Source: Alphaproteobacteria bacterium
GTDB lineage: Bacteria > Pseudomonadota > Alphaproteobacteria > UBA6615
Assembly (NCBI GenBank): GCA_009691025.1
Contig: SHWB01000002.1
Span: 72,300-136,299 of the forward strand
Length of the DNA stretch: 64,000 nucleotides
Direction: 5' to 3'
Shown: one piece after another, positions 25,411 through 35,918 of the stretch
Layout of the letters: each line of letters begins with the position of its first letter
Numbering within the stretch: the stretch's first letter is position 1
Notes under the pieces: model-generated
Databases searched by the model: none
The model's input: the letters and a program-made list of their open reading frames with translations, nothing else
What the model was told of the DNA's origin: nothing
Position numbers and translations under genes: made by a program

Positions 25411-26613
25411 ATGAACGACAAGGTTCCGGGCCTGCTCGACGGCATCCGCGTCGTCGAGATGAGCCACATCATGGCCGCACCGACCGGCGGCATGATGCTC
25501 GCCGACATGGGGGCCGACGTGATCAAGGTCGAGCGCCTGCCTCAGGGCGACGACATCCGACGCTCGGCGCCGATGGTCGATGGCGAGTCAGCGCCCTTCA
25601 CGATGATGAACCGCAACAAGCGCGGCGTGGCACTCGACATGCGCCAGGCGGGCGGGCGATACGCGCTGCGCCGGCTGGTGCTCGGCGGCGATGTGTTCAT
25701 CGAGAATTATCGCAAGGGCGCGATGGAACATTACGGCCTCGGTGAGGCCGAGATGCGAGCCGCCAATCCGAAGCTGGTCTACTGCTCGGTGTCCGGCTTC
25801 GGCCAGACCGGACCATATGCCGGGCGCGGTGGCTTCGACCTCATCACCCAGGGCATGAGCGGCCTGATGTCAATCACCGGCGAGGGCGAGGGGCGCCCGC
25901 CGGTGAAGGTCGGAGCGCCGGTGACGGACATCACCGCCGGCATCCTCGCCGCGCTAGGCATATGCGGCGCGTTGGTGCGGCGCGGCGTGACGGGCAGGGG
26001 GCAATATCTCGACACCTCGTTGCTCGAGGCCGGCATCACCCATACCTACTGGCAGACGGCAATCTACCGCGCGTCGGGCGAGGTCACCCGCGCGCTCGGC
26101 TCGGCGCATCCGCTGATGGCGCCCTACCAGGCTTTTCCCACCAAGGACGGCTGGATCAATCTCGGTGCCGCCAACCAAAGCACCTGGGAGAAATTCGTCG
26201 TTGCGCTGGGCGCGCCCGAGTTGGGTGCCGACCCTCGCTTCAACGCCAATGCCGGGCGCTTGGCCAATCGCGGGGCGCTGACCTACGAACTGACCCGCCG
26301 TTTCGCCACCGCCACTACCGCTGCATGGCTCGACCGGCTCGAGGCCGCCGGCGTGCCGGCCGGCCCGGTGTACGACGTCGCCCAGATGGCGGCCGACCCG
26401 CAAGTGCAGGCGCGTGGCATGATCGCCGAGGTGTCGACGGCCATGGGCACGCCGGTCAGCGTCATCGGCCATGCGGTAAAATACTCGGACAACCCGGCCA
26501 CCATCCGGCGCGGCGCCCCGCGCCTCGGCGAGCATACGCGCGAGGTTCTGGAGGAATACGGCTTCTCCGGTGCCGAGATCGACGCGCTGGTCGCATCGGG
26601 AGCGGCGGCCTGA
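25411..26613 (+). CDS. family III CoA-transferase (CaiB/BaiF type)
   Basis: 400 aa; GIRVVEMSHIMAAPTGGMMLADMGADVIKVE..., SGFGQTGPY, ITQGMSGLM. Confidence 0.85.
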   Translation: MNDKVPGLLDGIRVVEMSHIMAAPTGGMMLADMGADVIKVERLPQGDDIRRSAPMVDGESAPFTMMNRNKRGVALDMRQAGGRYALRRLVLGGDVFIENYRKGAMEHYGLGEAEMRAANPKLVYCSVSGFGQTGPYAGRGGFDLITQGMSGLMSITGEGEGRPPVKVGAPVTDITAGILAALGICGALVRRGVTGRGQYLDTSLLEAGITHTYWQTAIYRASGEVTRALGSAHPLMAPYQAFPTKDGWINLGAANQSTWEKFVVALGAPELGADPRFNANAGRLANRGALTYELTRRFATATTAAWLDRLEAAGVPAGPVYDVAQMAADPQVQARGMIAEVSTAMGTPVSVIGHAVKYSDNPATIRRGAPRLGEHTREVLEEYGFSGAEIDALVASGAAA

Positions 26614-26629
26614 TGATCGGCGCGCTACG

Positions 26630-28327
26630 GTGATACGCTTCCGCCGGCTCGTCGACGCTGCGACGGAACGCGACCGCTCACAGCTCGATAGTGTACGCGC
26701 GATGTTAGCGACGGCCTTTACGGCCGAGCGGCGGGCTATCGACCGGCTACTCGCCGGACTGGGAGAGCGCGAGGGCGCCTACGAGACGGTGGTGCTGATC
26801 GCCGAGAACGAGCGCGGCAGCGTGCTCGGATACTCGGTGACTATGTATTTCCGCGCCCCGCGCTTCGGCCACCTCGTCTATTTTGCCAGCGACCAGCAGC
26901 GACTGGCATCGGCGGGGCGCTGTACGAGGCGCTGCGCGAGTACCTGGTCCGCAAGGGCGCGGCTGGATTGTTTCTCGATGCCGGCCCCGACGACCCGGTC
27001 AAGCTCGACGATCCGTCGAGCTTGCCGCTCAACCGGCAGCGCATGGTGTTCTACGAACGCTACGGGGCGCGGCCGATCGAGGGCACGCTCTACGACGTTA
27101 TTGGCAACCCCGCCAATGACGTCGTCCGCGTTACTCTCCTGTTCGACCCGCTCTATCGCCATACCCCGCTGCGACGTGCCTAGGTGCGTGCCTTTCTGCG
27201 TCGCATGTATCTCGCCCAGTACGGGCAGGGTACGGCCGACCCCTATGTGCGCGAAATGGTCTCGTAGTTCCGCGACGATCCGGTTCGCATCCGGCCGCCA
27301 CGGCCGCGCGCTCCGAGGCCGGCGCCGACGCGGAGCTGGCTGCGGCCGCTGAAGCTCGTCGTTGCCGAGAACTACCGCATCCACCATCTTCGCGAGAAGG
27401 GCTATGTTGAGCGTCCCGTACGCATCGATGCCGTCCTGCGCGGCCTCGTCGACGTGCCGCACGAACGCGTTCCGACTCGCTGCTTCAAGGACTACATACT
27501 GCGCGAAATCCACGACCCCGACCTCGCCTACTATCTGCAGGCGATGTTGGAGAATCTGGCGCCGAGCGCGTTGCTTTATCCTGAGGTCTTTCCGGTGCGC
27601 CGGCCGGACCGGCGGCCGCTCGAGCTGGAGGCACGCGCCGGTTATTTATGCATCGACACCTTCACGCCATTGACGCACAACGTCTGGCGCGCCGCTCGCG
27701 CCGCCGTGGGCACGGCGCTGACCGGCGCGGAGTTGGTGCTGGAGGGCAACCGCCCCGTCTACGCGCTGACACGGCCGCCCGGACATTATGCCGAGCGCGG
27801 TGTCTATGGCGGCTTCTGTTACCTCAACAACGCCGCCGCCGCGGCGCACCGCCTGTCGTGCCATGGCCGCGTCAGCGTGCTCGACATCGACTACCACCAC
27901 GGCAACGGCACGCAGGATATCTTCTGGCACAGAGGCGATGTGCAGACACTGTCGATCCATGGCTCGCCCAGCCTCGCCTACCCGCATTTTCCGGCGAGGC
28001 GACGAGCGCGGTGAGATTGACGGGCGCGGCGCCAATTGCAATTTTCCCCTCCGCCGCGGCGTCGACGACACGCGCTATCTCGAAGTCCTTGAGGAGGCGC
28101 TGGGGCTGGTGCGACGCTTCCGCCCGGCCTTACTCGTCGTTGCGCTGGGCTTCGATACCATGCGCGGCGATCCGACCGGCTCGTTCGTCGTCACTACCCG
28201 CGGCCTGCGGGCCATCGGCGTGCGCTTGGGGCGGATGGGGTTGCCGACTCTGCTGGTCCAGTAGGGCGGCTACTCGCCGCGCAATCTGCGCGTCGGTGCC
28301 TAGGCGCAGTTTGAGGGGCTGGGATAG
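26630..28327 (+). pseudogene. GNAT acetyltransferase - histone deacetylase-family (HDAC/AcuC-like) fusion, 4 in-frame TAG plus at least 2 frame changes
   Basis: GTG 26630 VIRFRRL...; GNAT core TGIGGALYEALREYL; HDAC part RPPGHYAERG..GGFCYLNNAA, LDIDYHHGNGTQDIF, NCNFPL, LLVQ*GGY. TAG at 27181, 27265, 28262 and 28301. Frame changes near 26885-26895 and 27987-28005. The expected PGHHA is PGHYA. Confidence 0.75.
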
Positions 28328-28349
28328 ACCTGGTATTGAAGTGGTTCGT

Positions 28350-29234
28350 TCAGCGCTCCGGCAGCGGGATGAATTCCGGGTCGCCTTCGACCATGGCGAA
28401 GCGGCCCTCGCGCCAGTCGGCCTTGGCCTGCTCGATGCGCTCGCGCGAGCTGGAGACGAAGTTCCACCAGAGATGACGCTCGCCGTCGAGTGGCTCTCCG
28501 CCGATGAGGATGACCGTCGCCGGGCCATCGGCCGTAGCGACGACGTCGCCGCCGGCGGGGAACACCGCCATAGCCCCGGCCTCGATGTGCTGGCCGCCGC
28601 AATCGATGGCGCCCTCGGCGACGTGCAGGGCGCACTCCGCATGTTCGGGCGGCACGACGAGTGCCGCGCCGGCGGCCAGCAGCGCCTCCGCGAAAAGAAG
28701 TGGCGAGTATACAGGCACCGGCGAGCGCAGGCCGCGCAGCGTACCGCCAACGAGGCGCAGCGCGACGCCCCCTTCCTCGAAGCCCGGAAGTTCGCCAGAA
28801 CTGTGGTACGAAAAGGCCGGCGGGCATTCCTCATTCGCACGCGGCAGGCCGATCCAGGCTTGGATGCCCGCCAGCCCCGAGGCCTTCGCGCGGATGGCTT
28901 CCGGCGTGCGCTCCGAATGCACGATGCCACGCCCGGCGGTCATCCAGTTCACTTCGCCGGGGCGGATTGGCTGGGCCGTGCCGAGGCTGTCGTGGTGCAT
29001 GATCTCGCCCTCGAACAGCCAGGTCAGCGTAGCGAGGCCGATATGCGGGTGTGGACGCACGTCGACGCCCTGTCCCGCCGCGAAGCGCGCCGGCCCCATA
29101 TGATCGAAGAACACGAACGGCCCGACGGTGCGCCGCTTCCCGTCCGGCAGGACGCGCCGCACCTCGAAACTGCCGATGTCGCGCGCGCGTGGCGCCAATA
29201 CGATGTTGGGCGATACGCCCCGCGCTCCGCTCAT
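28350..29234 (-). CDS. pirin family protein
   Basis: Start at ATG 29234 (MSGARGVSPN); PFVFFDHMGP...HPHIGLATLTWLFEGEIMHHDSLG, bicupin layout. Confidence 0.85.
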   Translation of the reverse strand: MSGARGVSPNIVLAPRARDIGSFEVRRVLPDGKRRTVGPFVFFDHMGPARFAAGQGVDVRPHPHIGLATLTWLFEGEIMHHDSLGTAQPIRPGEVNWMTAGRGIVHSERTPEAIRAKASGLAGIQAWIGLPRANEECPPAFSYHSSGELPGFEEGGVALRLVGGTLRGLRSPVPVYSPLLFAEALLAAGAALVVPPEHAECALHVAEGAIDCGGQHIEAGAMAVFPAGGDVVATADGPATVILIGGEPLDGERHLWWNFVSSSRERIEQAKADWREGRFAMVEGDPEFIPLPER

Positions 29235-29442
29235 GCCGCCCTCCGTTCCGTAGCCAGTGGAAAATAGTCGCAAAGCGCGCCGTGGCGAGAGTCGCGGCGG
29301 CGAGGTCGCGGACTCGATGCGCCAGATCGCGCGCTATGTCATCGGCTACAGTTCGACGGCTGCGGCAATTTCGTGCCGGAGGAACGCCCGGCCGAAACCG
29401 TCGTGGCACTACGCGCGCTGTTTGCGCACGGGTGAGAGCGGA

Positions 29443-30261
29443 TCAGGAGTCCGCCGGCCGGTTCTTCGGGTCGACCGTATAACCGTATCTGTTCATCCAC
29501 ATGAGACTCGACCAGCTATCCATCGACGGGTCGTGTTCGAGCCCGACGCAGCCCTGCCAGCCCTTGGCGTAGGCGCGCTCGACCAGCCACAGCAAATCCA
29601 TCTCGCCGACGCCTGGTTCGAATCGTTTAGGTGTGTTGCCGATCTGGATATGGCCGATATGCTCCCAGTACGCGTCCATAATAGGCGTCAGCGGGCCCTG
29701 TTCCTGCCAGCGCATCTGGTAGGTGTCGAAGACGAGCTGCACGCGGTCCTGCCCGGTAGCGCGGCGGATGGCGTTGGCCTCCGCCATGGTCTGCATCGCC
29801 CAGTCGGGCACGCGCTCAGCGGCGACGCCTTCCAGAAGCAGCTTGAGACGCAGCCCCCTGGACTGTTCCGACATCCAGATCAGGTTCTTCACATAGGTGT
29901 CGATGCAGCGTTCCTTGCTCTCGCCTTTCGGCACGGGGCCGGCGCCGACATTGATCGAGTAGATGTTGCACAGCGCAGCATATTCGAGCGCAATGGACGC
30001 GGCACGCCTGAATTCCTGCTCCTTGCCTGGCTGGGCGCCGAGGCCCCAGACGCCCTTGTCCCAGTCGACCGGCACGACGAAGTAGATGAATTCCAGCCCG
30101 AGATCGTCGAGCTGCTGTTTCAGCTCTTCCTTGGTGAGGGCGAATGGCATGTGCCACTCGACCTCGTCGCAGCCGCATTTACGCACGGCTTCGAGCCGCT
30201 TGTGTGGCGGCAGTTCCTTGAACAGATGGTGGAGGTTAGGCGAGAAGCGGATCTTGGCCAT
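29443..30261 (-). CDS. xylose isomerase-like TIM-barrel protein (hydroxypyruvate isomerase-like)
   Basis: 272 aa; MAKIRFSPNLHHLFKELP.HKRLEAV.K.G.D.VEW. Visibly lower GC and more A/T-ending codons than its neighbours. Confidence 0.65.
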   Translation of the reverse strand: MAKIRFSPNLHHLFKELPPHKRLEAVRKCGCDEVEWHMPFALTKEELKQQLDDLGLEFIYFVVPVDWDKGVWGLGAQPGKEQEFRRAASIALEYAALCNIYSINVGAGPVPKGESKERCIDTYVKNLIWMSEQSRGLRLKLLLEGVAAERVPDWAMQTMAEANAIRRATGQDRVQLVFDTYQMRWQEQGPLTPIMDAYWEHIGHIQIGNTPKRFEPGVGEMDLLWLVERAYAKGWQGCVGLEHDPSMDSWSSLMWMNRYGYTVDPKNRPADS

Positions 30262-30286
30262 GGGCGTTTCCCCCGGGGCGGCGGAT

Positions 30287-31255
30287 TCAAAGATCGACGA
30301 TCATCACCTGCTCGGCGCCGGTGCCGTTGGCGCGCAGGCTGTCCTCGGCGATGGTCGCGCGCGCGAGGTCGATCAGCGGGATGCGGCCGTCGGCCAGAGC
30401 CACGTAGATGTGATCGCCGTCGTCGCTGACGGTGGCATGGAACGGCTCGGCGCCGCATTCGACGACGCCCACCGACGCCAGGTCGGCGGCGGCGAAGATC
30501 TCGACGAAGCCGCGTTCGGCCGGTTCGTTCCAGGTAGTGACGACGACGAAGCGTCCGTCCGGCGTCGCATAGGGCCAGCCCGGCACGGCGACCAGCGGAA
30601 CCGTGCGCGCGACGCTCATCGCGGCGACATCGACGACGTGCAGCAGCGGCCGGTGGAAATCGCCGACATACAGAAAGCGCCCGTCTGGCGAGGCCTTGAT
30701 CGACTGCGCGCCGATTGGCAGGTCGACGCGCCCGATCACCGCCTTGCGTGCGACGTCGACCGCGGTGACGAAGGGGTATTCCTTGTGGGCGAACCACATG
30801 GTGCGGCCGCCCGGCGCGGCGGCGACGAAATGCACCGGCACCTGCATCCACACATTGCGCACGATGGCGCGCGTCGTGGGATCGATGACTATGGCCGAGT
30901 GATTCCGCTCAGTCGTCACCCAGATCATGCCGTCGCCGTCGGCGGCGACGCCGTGCGGGGCGCGGTAGAGATCGATGTCGACGGTGCCGATTCGCGTCAT
31001 CGTCATGAGGTCGATGACCGCAATCTCCTTGCCAGGACGCGTGTTGGCGCCGTAGGGGCCGTTGCCGTAGATCGAGGCGAAGGCGAAGCGGCCGTCCGGC
31101 GAGAGGGCGAATTCGTGCGGCTTCTGCTCGCGGTCCTCGCCCATCTTCGCCACGCCCACCGTGTCGCCGGTGGCGAGATCGATGGCCATCACGCTCAGAC
31201 TGTCGCGCACCGAGACCAGCAGGGTGCGCCGCGTATTCGTGCCGGGCATCGCCAT
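30287..31255 (-). CDS. YVTN/YncE-like beta-propeller repeat protein
   Basis: Start at ATG 31255. Repeated ...SPDGRF.Y.. / ..V.VIDL.. blades (ALSPDGRFAFAS, KASPDGRFLYVG, YATPDGRFVVV). Confidence 0.6.
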   Translation of the reverse strand: MAMPGTNTRRTLLVSVRDSLSVMAIDLATGDTVGVAKMGEDREQKPHEFALSPDGRFAFASIYGNGPYGANTRPGKEIAVIDLMTMTRIGTVDIDLYRAPHGVAADGDGMIWVTTERNHSAIVIDPTTRAIVRNVWMQVPVHFVAAAPGGRTMWFAHKEYPFVTAVDVARKAVIGRVDLPIGAQSIKASPDGRFLYVGDFHRPLLHVVDVAAMSVARTVPLVAVPGWPYATPDGRFVVVTTWNEPAERGFVEIFAAADLASVGVVECGAEPFHATVSDDGDHIYVALADGRIPLIDLARATIAEDSLRANGTGAEQVMIVDL

Positions 31256-31283
31256 GGGCGCTCTCCGCGTTAGGCCGGACCGC

Positions 31284-32038
31284 TCACCCGGTCCAGCGAC
31301 CGCCATTGATATCGAGGGCCGCGCCGGTCATGAAGCCAGCCGCCGGCCGCGCCAGATACCATACGCCGTCGGCGATCTCCTCGGCTCTACCGAGACGGCC
31401 CACCGGGATCGACTGGGCGATGGCATCCATGCGGTGGGCATGCAGCACCTCGATGCGCGGCGTCATGATGGTGCCCGGCGTCACCGCGTTGACGGTGATG
31501 CCGTCCTTCGCCACTTCGACGGCGACGCGGCTGGTGAGGCCGATGACGCCGGTATTGGCCGCCGAGGAGTCCACCGAGGCCAGTTCTATGCCCTACCGTC
31601 CGGCGAGCGAGGCGATGTTGACGATACGCCCGTATTTGCTCGCCGGCATCGCCGGCATCGCCGACTTCATGACCGAGAAGATTGAGGTCAGGTTCCACTC
31701 GATCGCCGCCCGCCATTCGTCGAGTCTGGTGTTCGCCATGTGCTGCGTCTCGTGGAAGCCACCGGGGCAGTTCACGAGGATATCGAGGCGGCCCCATCTG
31801 TCGGTTACGGCCTTCACTGCGGCGTCCATGTCCGCCGAACTGCCGCTTCGCCGGCGATGGTCTCGGCGCCGGCGGCGGTCAGCCTGCCGGCGGCACGCTT
31901 GCCGCCGGCGGCATCGCGGTCGATCACCGCCACCTTCGCGCCCTCGGCGGCGAGGAGTTCGGCGCAGGCTAGGCCGATGCCATCGGCCCCGGCGGCGATG
32001 ACGGCGACATGCCCCTTGATCGAGGTTTTGTGTGCCAC
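31284..32038 (-). pseudogene. SDR paralogue of 32187..32945, with in-frame TAG, a frame change and lost catalytic Tyr/Lys
   Basis: MAHKTSIKGHVAVIAAGADGIGLA...; frame change near 31845; RIVNIASLAGR*GIELASVDSSAANTGVIGL (TAG 31593-31595), where the intact copy has SISYSAAKAGVIGL. Confidence 0.8.
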
Positions 32039-32186
32039 TGCGGGAGTCCTCCCCGGACGATTCTAGCGCGCAGCCTGAGCAGGCGCGCGAGTTTCGCGAA
32101 AGGCCAGGGTCGCCCGGATTGCGGACCCCGCCGCCGCGAAAGCGCTGGCCGCTTCCACAGGATGCAGAGACGGAGCGGCCGTACGG

Positions 32187-32945
32187 TCAGCCGGTCCAGC
32201 GGCCGCCATTGATGTCGATGACCGCGCCGGTGACGAAGGCCGCCGCCGGGCGGCAGAGATAGGCGACACAATCGGCGATCTCGTCGGCGTCGCCGAGGCG
32301 GCCGACCGGCGTTGCCTTCGCCATCGCCACGCCGCGCTCGGCCGGCATGGCGTCGACGCGCGGGGAATGCGTGGTACCGGGGGCGAGGGCGTTGCAGGTG
32401 ATGCCGTCGGCCGCCACCTCCACCGCCACCCGCCGCGACAGGCCAATCACGCCGGCCTTGGCCGCCGAGTAGGAAATCGAGGATTGCAGCCCGGCCGAGC
32501 GCCCGGCGAGCGAGGCGATGTTGACGATGCGGCCGTATTTGCGCGCCCGCATCGCCGGCACGACGGCCTTGATGACGACGAAGATCGAGGTGAGGTTCCA
32601 GTTGATCGACGCCCGCCACTCCTCGACGCTGGTCTCGAGGCCCTGCGCCTGGCGGAAGCCGCCCGGGCAATTGGCGAGGATGTCGAGGCGGCCCCATTTG
32701 CCGGTGACGGTGGCGACGGCCTTCTCCACGTCGGCCAGATCGGTGCATTCGCCGCCGAGCGCCATGGCCTCGCCGCCGGCCCTGGCGATCGCCGCGGCGG
32801 CGCGTTCGGCGCCCGCCACGTCGCGGTCGAGGATGGCGACGCGCGCGCCGTCGGCAGCGAAGCGATCGGCGCAGGCAAGGCCGATGCCCGCCGCGCCGGC
32901 GGCGATGAAGGCGACATGCCCCTTGATCGAGGTATCTATGGTCAC
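32187..32945 (-). CDS. SDR-family oxidoreductase
   Basis: GTG start at 32945 preceded by GGGAG. TIDTSIKGHVAFIAAGAAGIGLA, catalytic YSAAKAGV, C-terminal DINGGRWTG. 252 aa. Confidence 0.8.
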   Translation of the reverse strand: MTIDTSIKGHVAFIAAGAAGIGLACADRFAADGARVAILDRDVAGAERAAAAIARAGGEAMALGGECTDLADVEKAVATVTGKWGRLDILANCPGGFRQAQGLETSVEEWRASINWNLTSIFVVIKAVVPAMRARKYGRIVNIASLAGRSAGLQSSISYSAAKAGVIGLSRRVAVEVAADGITCNALAPGTTHSPRVDAMPAERGVAMAKATPVGRLGDADEIADCVAYLCRPAAAFVTGAVIDINGGRWTG

Positions 32946-33036
32946 GCTGACGTTCTCCCTGGAGGGACTTTGCCGGGAGTGTAGGCGTCGGCGGCGGAGA
33001 TGCAAAATCCCGCCTCTTTTTACGGGGGGGGGATTT

Positions 33037-34860
33037 CTACGCTGCCCGCGACGCTTTCTTGCGCTCGTGCTCCAGCAGGAAGCGCTTGCGGATGCGGATG
33101 GCGCGCGGGGTCACTTCGACCAGCTCGTCGTCGTTGATGAACTCCAGCGCGTATTCCAGCGTCACCGGGATCGGCGGCACGAGGATCAGCGCGTCGTCCT
33201 TGCCGGCGGCGCGGATGTTGGTGAGCTGCTTGCCCTTGAGCGGGTTCACCACGAGATCATTGTCGCGCACATGTATGCCGATGACCATGCCCACGTAGAC
33301 CTCATCGGCATGGACGATGAACATGCGGCCGCGTTCCTGGAGGTTGAAGATGGCATAGGCCAGCGCCTTGCCGGTGGAGTTGGAGATCAGCACGCCGTTG
33401 TTGCGCCCGCCGATGCGGCCTGCCACGCGCGGCCCGTAGCGGTCGAACACGTGATAGATCAGGCCGCTGCCCTGGGTCGCAGTGAGGAACTCCGAGCGGA
33501 AGCCGATCAGGCCGCGCGACGGTATGCCGTAGTCGAGGCGCACGCGTCCGCGCCCGTCTGGCAGGATGTCGCGCAGCTCGCCGCGGCGCTCGCCTAGCCG
33601 CTCCATGATCGTGCCCTGGTGGTGCTCCTCGACGTCGACGGTCAGGTTCTCCCATGGCTCCATCACGACACCGTCGACCGTCTTGATGATCACCTCGGGA
33701 CGCGAGATGGCCAGCTCGTAGCCCTCGCGGCGCATGTTCTCGACGAGTATCGATAGGTGCAGCTCGCCGCGCCCTGACACCTTGAAGCGGTCGGCGCTGT
33801 CGGTCGGTTCGACACGCAGCGCGACGTTGTGGATCAGCTCCTCCTCCAGCCGCGCCTTGATGTTTCGGCTGGTGACGTACTTGCCGTCGCGCCCGCAGAA
33901 GGGCGAATCGTTGACCTGGAAGGTCATCGCGATGGTTGGCTCGTCGATGACCAGCGGCGGCAGCGCCTCGGGCACCGTTGGGTCGCAGACCGTATCGGAA
34001 ATCTTCATGCCCTCGAGGCCGGTGAAGGCCACGATCTCGCCGGCCGACGCCTCGTCGCGCTCGACGCGTTCGAGGCCGTGGAAGCCGAGGATCTGCAGCA
34101 TGCGGCCCTGACGCACCGACCCGTCCGAGGCGACGACCGCCACCGGCGAGTTGCGGTGCATGCGGCCGCGCTGCACCCGGCCGATGCCGATGACACCGAC
34201 ATAGCTCGAATAGTCGAGCGAGCTGACCTGCAGCTGGAACGGCCCCTCGGCATCCACCGCGGGCGCCTTCACATAGTTGACGATGGTCTCTAACAGGGCG
34301 TCGATGTTGTCGGCGCGCGTATCGGGCGCCAGCGTCGCCCAGCCCTGCAACGCCGAGGCGTAGACGACGGGGAAATCGAGTTGCTCGTCGCTGGCGCGCA
34401 GGCGGTCGAACAGGTCGAAGGTCTGGTCGAGCACCCAGCCCGGACGCGCGCCCGGCCGGTCGACCTTGTTGATGACGACGATGGGGCGCAGGCCGCGCTC
34501 CAGCGCCTTGCGGGTGACGAACGCCGTCTGCGGCATCGGCCCGTCGACGGCGTCGACCAGCAGCAGCACCGAATCTACCATCGACAGCACGCGCTCGACC
34601 TCGCCGCCGAAATCGGCGTGGCCCGGGGTGTCGACGATGTTGATGCGCCAGTCGCGCCAGGCGATGGCCGTATTCTTGGCGAGGATGGTGATGCCGCGCT
34701 CGCGCTCGATGTCGTTAGAGTCCATCACGCGCTCGACCACGTCGCCGCGCGTGGCGAGGGTGCCGGACTGGCGCAGCAGGCAGTCGACCAGCGTGGTCTT
34801 GCCGTGGTCGACATGGGCGATGATGGCGATGTTGCGCAGCGAACCGATGTTCAGGGTCAT
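33037..34860 (-). CDS. typA: translational GTPase TypA/BipA
   Basis: 607 aa from ATG 34860: [42 protein letters not shown] stop. Confidence 0.95.
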   Translation of the reverse strand: MTLNIGSLRNIAIIAHVDHGKTTLVDCLLRQSGTLATRGDVVERVMDSNDIERERGITILAKNTAIAWRDWRINIVDTPGHADFGGEVERVLSMVDSVLLLVDAVDGPMPQTAFVTRKALERGLRPIVVINKVDRPGARPGWVLDQTFDLFDRLRASDEQLDFPVVYASALQGWATLAPDTRADNIDALLETIVNYVKAPAVDAEGPFQLQVSSLDYSSYVGVIGIGRVQRGRMHRNSPVAVVASDGSVRQGRMLQILGFHGLERVERDEASAGEIVAFTGLEGMKISDTVCDPTVPEALPPLVIDEPTIAMTFQVNDSPFCGRDGKYVTSRNIKARLEEELIHNVALRVEPTDSADRFKVSGRGELHLSILVENMRREGYELAISRPEVIIKTVDGVVMEPWENLTVDVEEHHQGTIMERLGERRGELRDILPDGRGRVRLDYGIPSRGLIGFRSEFLTATQGSGLIYHVFDRYGPRVAGRIGGRNNGVLISNSTGKALAYAIFNLQERGRMFIVHADEVYVGMVIGIHVRDNDLVVNPLKGKQLTNIRAAGKDDALILVPPIPVTLEYALEFINDDELVEVTPRAIRIRKRFLLEHERKKASRAA

Positions 34861-35302
34861 GGAAGTAGGTAACTCGTCTGCGGGCGGGGCATGCCGAGGG
34901 CCGGCGCGCTGCCCGTCTCGTCTCGGGCCGCTGTTCAAGCGCCCGGAACAGGTTGAAAATGTGTCAGCGCTATCCGGTGGGCGTTTCCCGGTTGCGCTTT
35001 CCGGCACAAAAATCCGGGACACGCTGATGTGGGTTAGTTGCCGTTGTTGGCGATCATATAGCGTGCAGTTGCGTGATTTTCCACGCCCGTTTCAGCGAAC
35101 GGCAGGTTGCAGCTGACTTTTGCCGGCCGCCAACCGCCCGTGCGGGAGGCGGCGACCGTCCTGCCGACGGCGCCGGAGATACGGCGGGACTGCATGTTCC
35201 TGCCGCCTTGCACCGGCCCGAAGCGTGGACCCCCCCGGAAATTGGTGCGTTTCGGGCAACAGGGACGCCCTGCGGTGTCCCGGCCGAATGTGGAGGATTG
35301 CG

Positions 35303-35542
35303 ATGAGTGCGACAGGGCGGAACTGGCGGATGGTCGTGGCTGTCGCCTTGCTGGCACCCGCGCTGGCACTCGCCGCATGCTACGCCGCCGCGCCGGCAGA
35401 GCAGGCCGGCGAAGCCATCAACGACGCGGCGAAACGGGCCGGCGATGCCGTAAACGATGCGGCCGACGACGTCAAGCGCGCCGGCGATCGCGCGACCGAG
35501 GAGCAGGAACGCCGGCGCAACACCGACGGGCCGGCACGATAG
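35303..35542 (+). CDS. small lipoprotein with repeated charged DAxxD/KRAGD units
   Basis: ATG 35303 after GGAGGA. MSATGRNWRMVVAVALLAPALALAAC lipobox, then INDAAKRAGDAVNDAADDVKRAGD. A GCCGCC-ttcc-GGCGGC hairpin lies just downstream. Confidence 0.6.
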   Translation: MSATGRNWRMVVAVALLAPALALAACYAAAPAEQAGEAINDAAKRAGDAVNDAADDVKRAGDRATEEQERRRNTDGPAR

Positions 35543-35587
35543 AGGCCGCCTTCCGGCGGCGCACTCAACCCGAACGACAGGATCACC

Positions 35588-35899
35588 ATGACCACGACCT
35601 AAAAGCGTGTCGAAGACGACGTGAAGGACGAGGTCTCCGCTCTCAAGTCGAGCGTCGAGCAACTCACCGCCGATCTCGGCAAGCGGGCCCGACATGCGGC
35701 CCGCAGCGCCGGTTCCCGTGCCGCCGACGGCCTCGACGGGCTGCGCCATCGCGTCTAGGCGGTCGCCGAGGAGGGCGTCGATCAGGCCCGACGCGGTGTG
35801 GACGCGGCGAACCGGACGGTCGCGGAACACCCGCTGCAGAGCGTCGCCATCGCTTTCGGGCTCGAGCTCGTCGCATCGCTCATGCTGTTCCGACGCTGA
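35588..35899 (+). pseudogene. DUF883 (ElaB/YqjD-like) membrane-anchored stress protein with in-frame TAA and TAG
   Basis: MTTT*KRVEDDVKDEVSALKSSVEQLTADLGKRA...GLRHRV*AVAEEGVDQARRGVDAANRTVAEHPLQSVAIAFGLELVASLMLFRR. TAA 35600-35602, TAG 35756-35758. Confidence 0.7.
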
Positions 35900-35918
35900 A
35901 GCCCGGGCCGGGGGCGTC

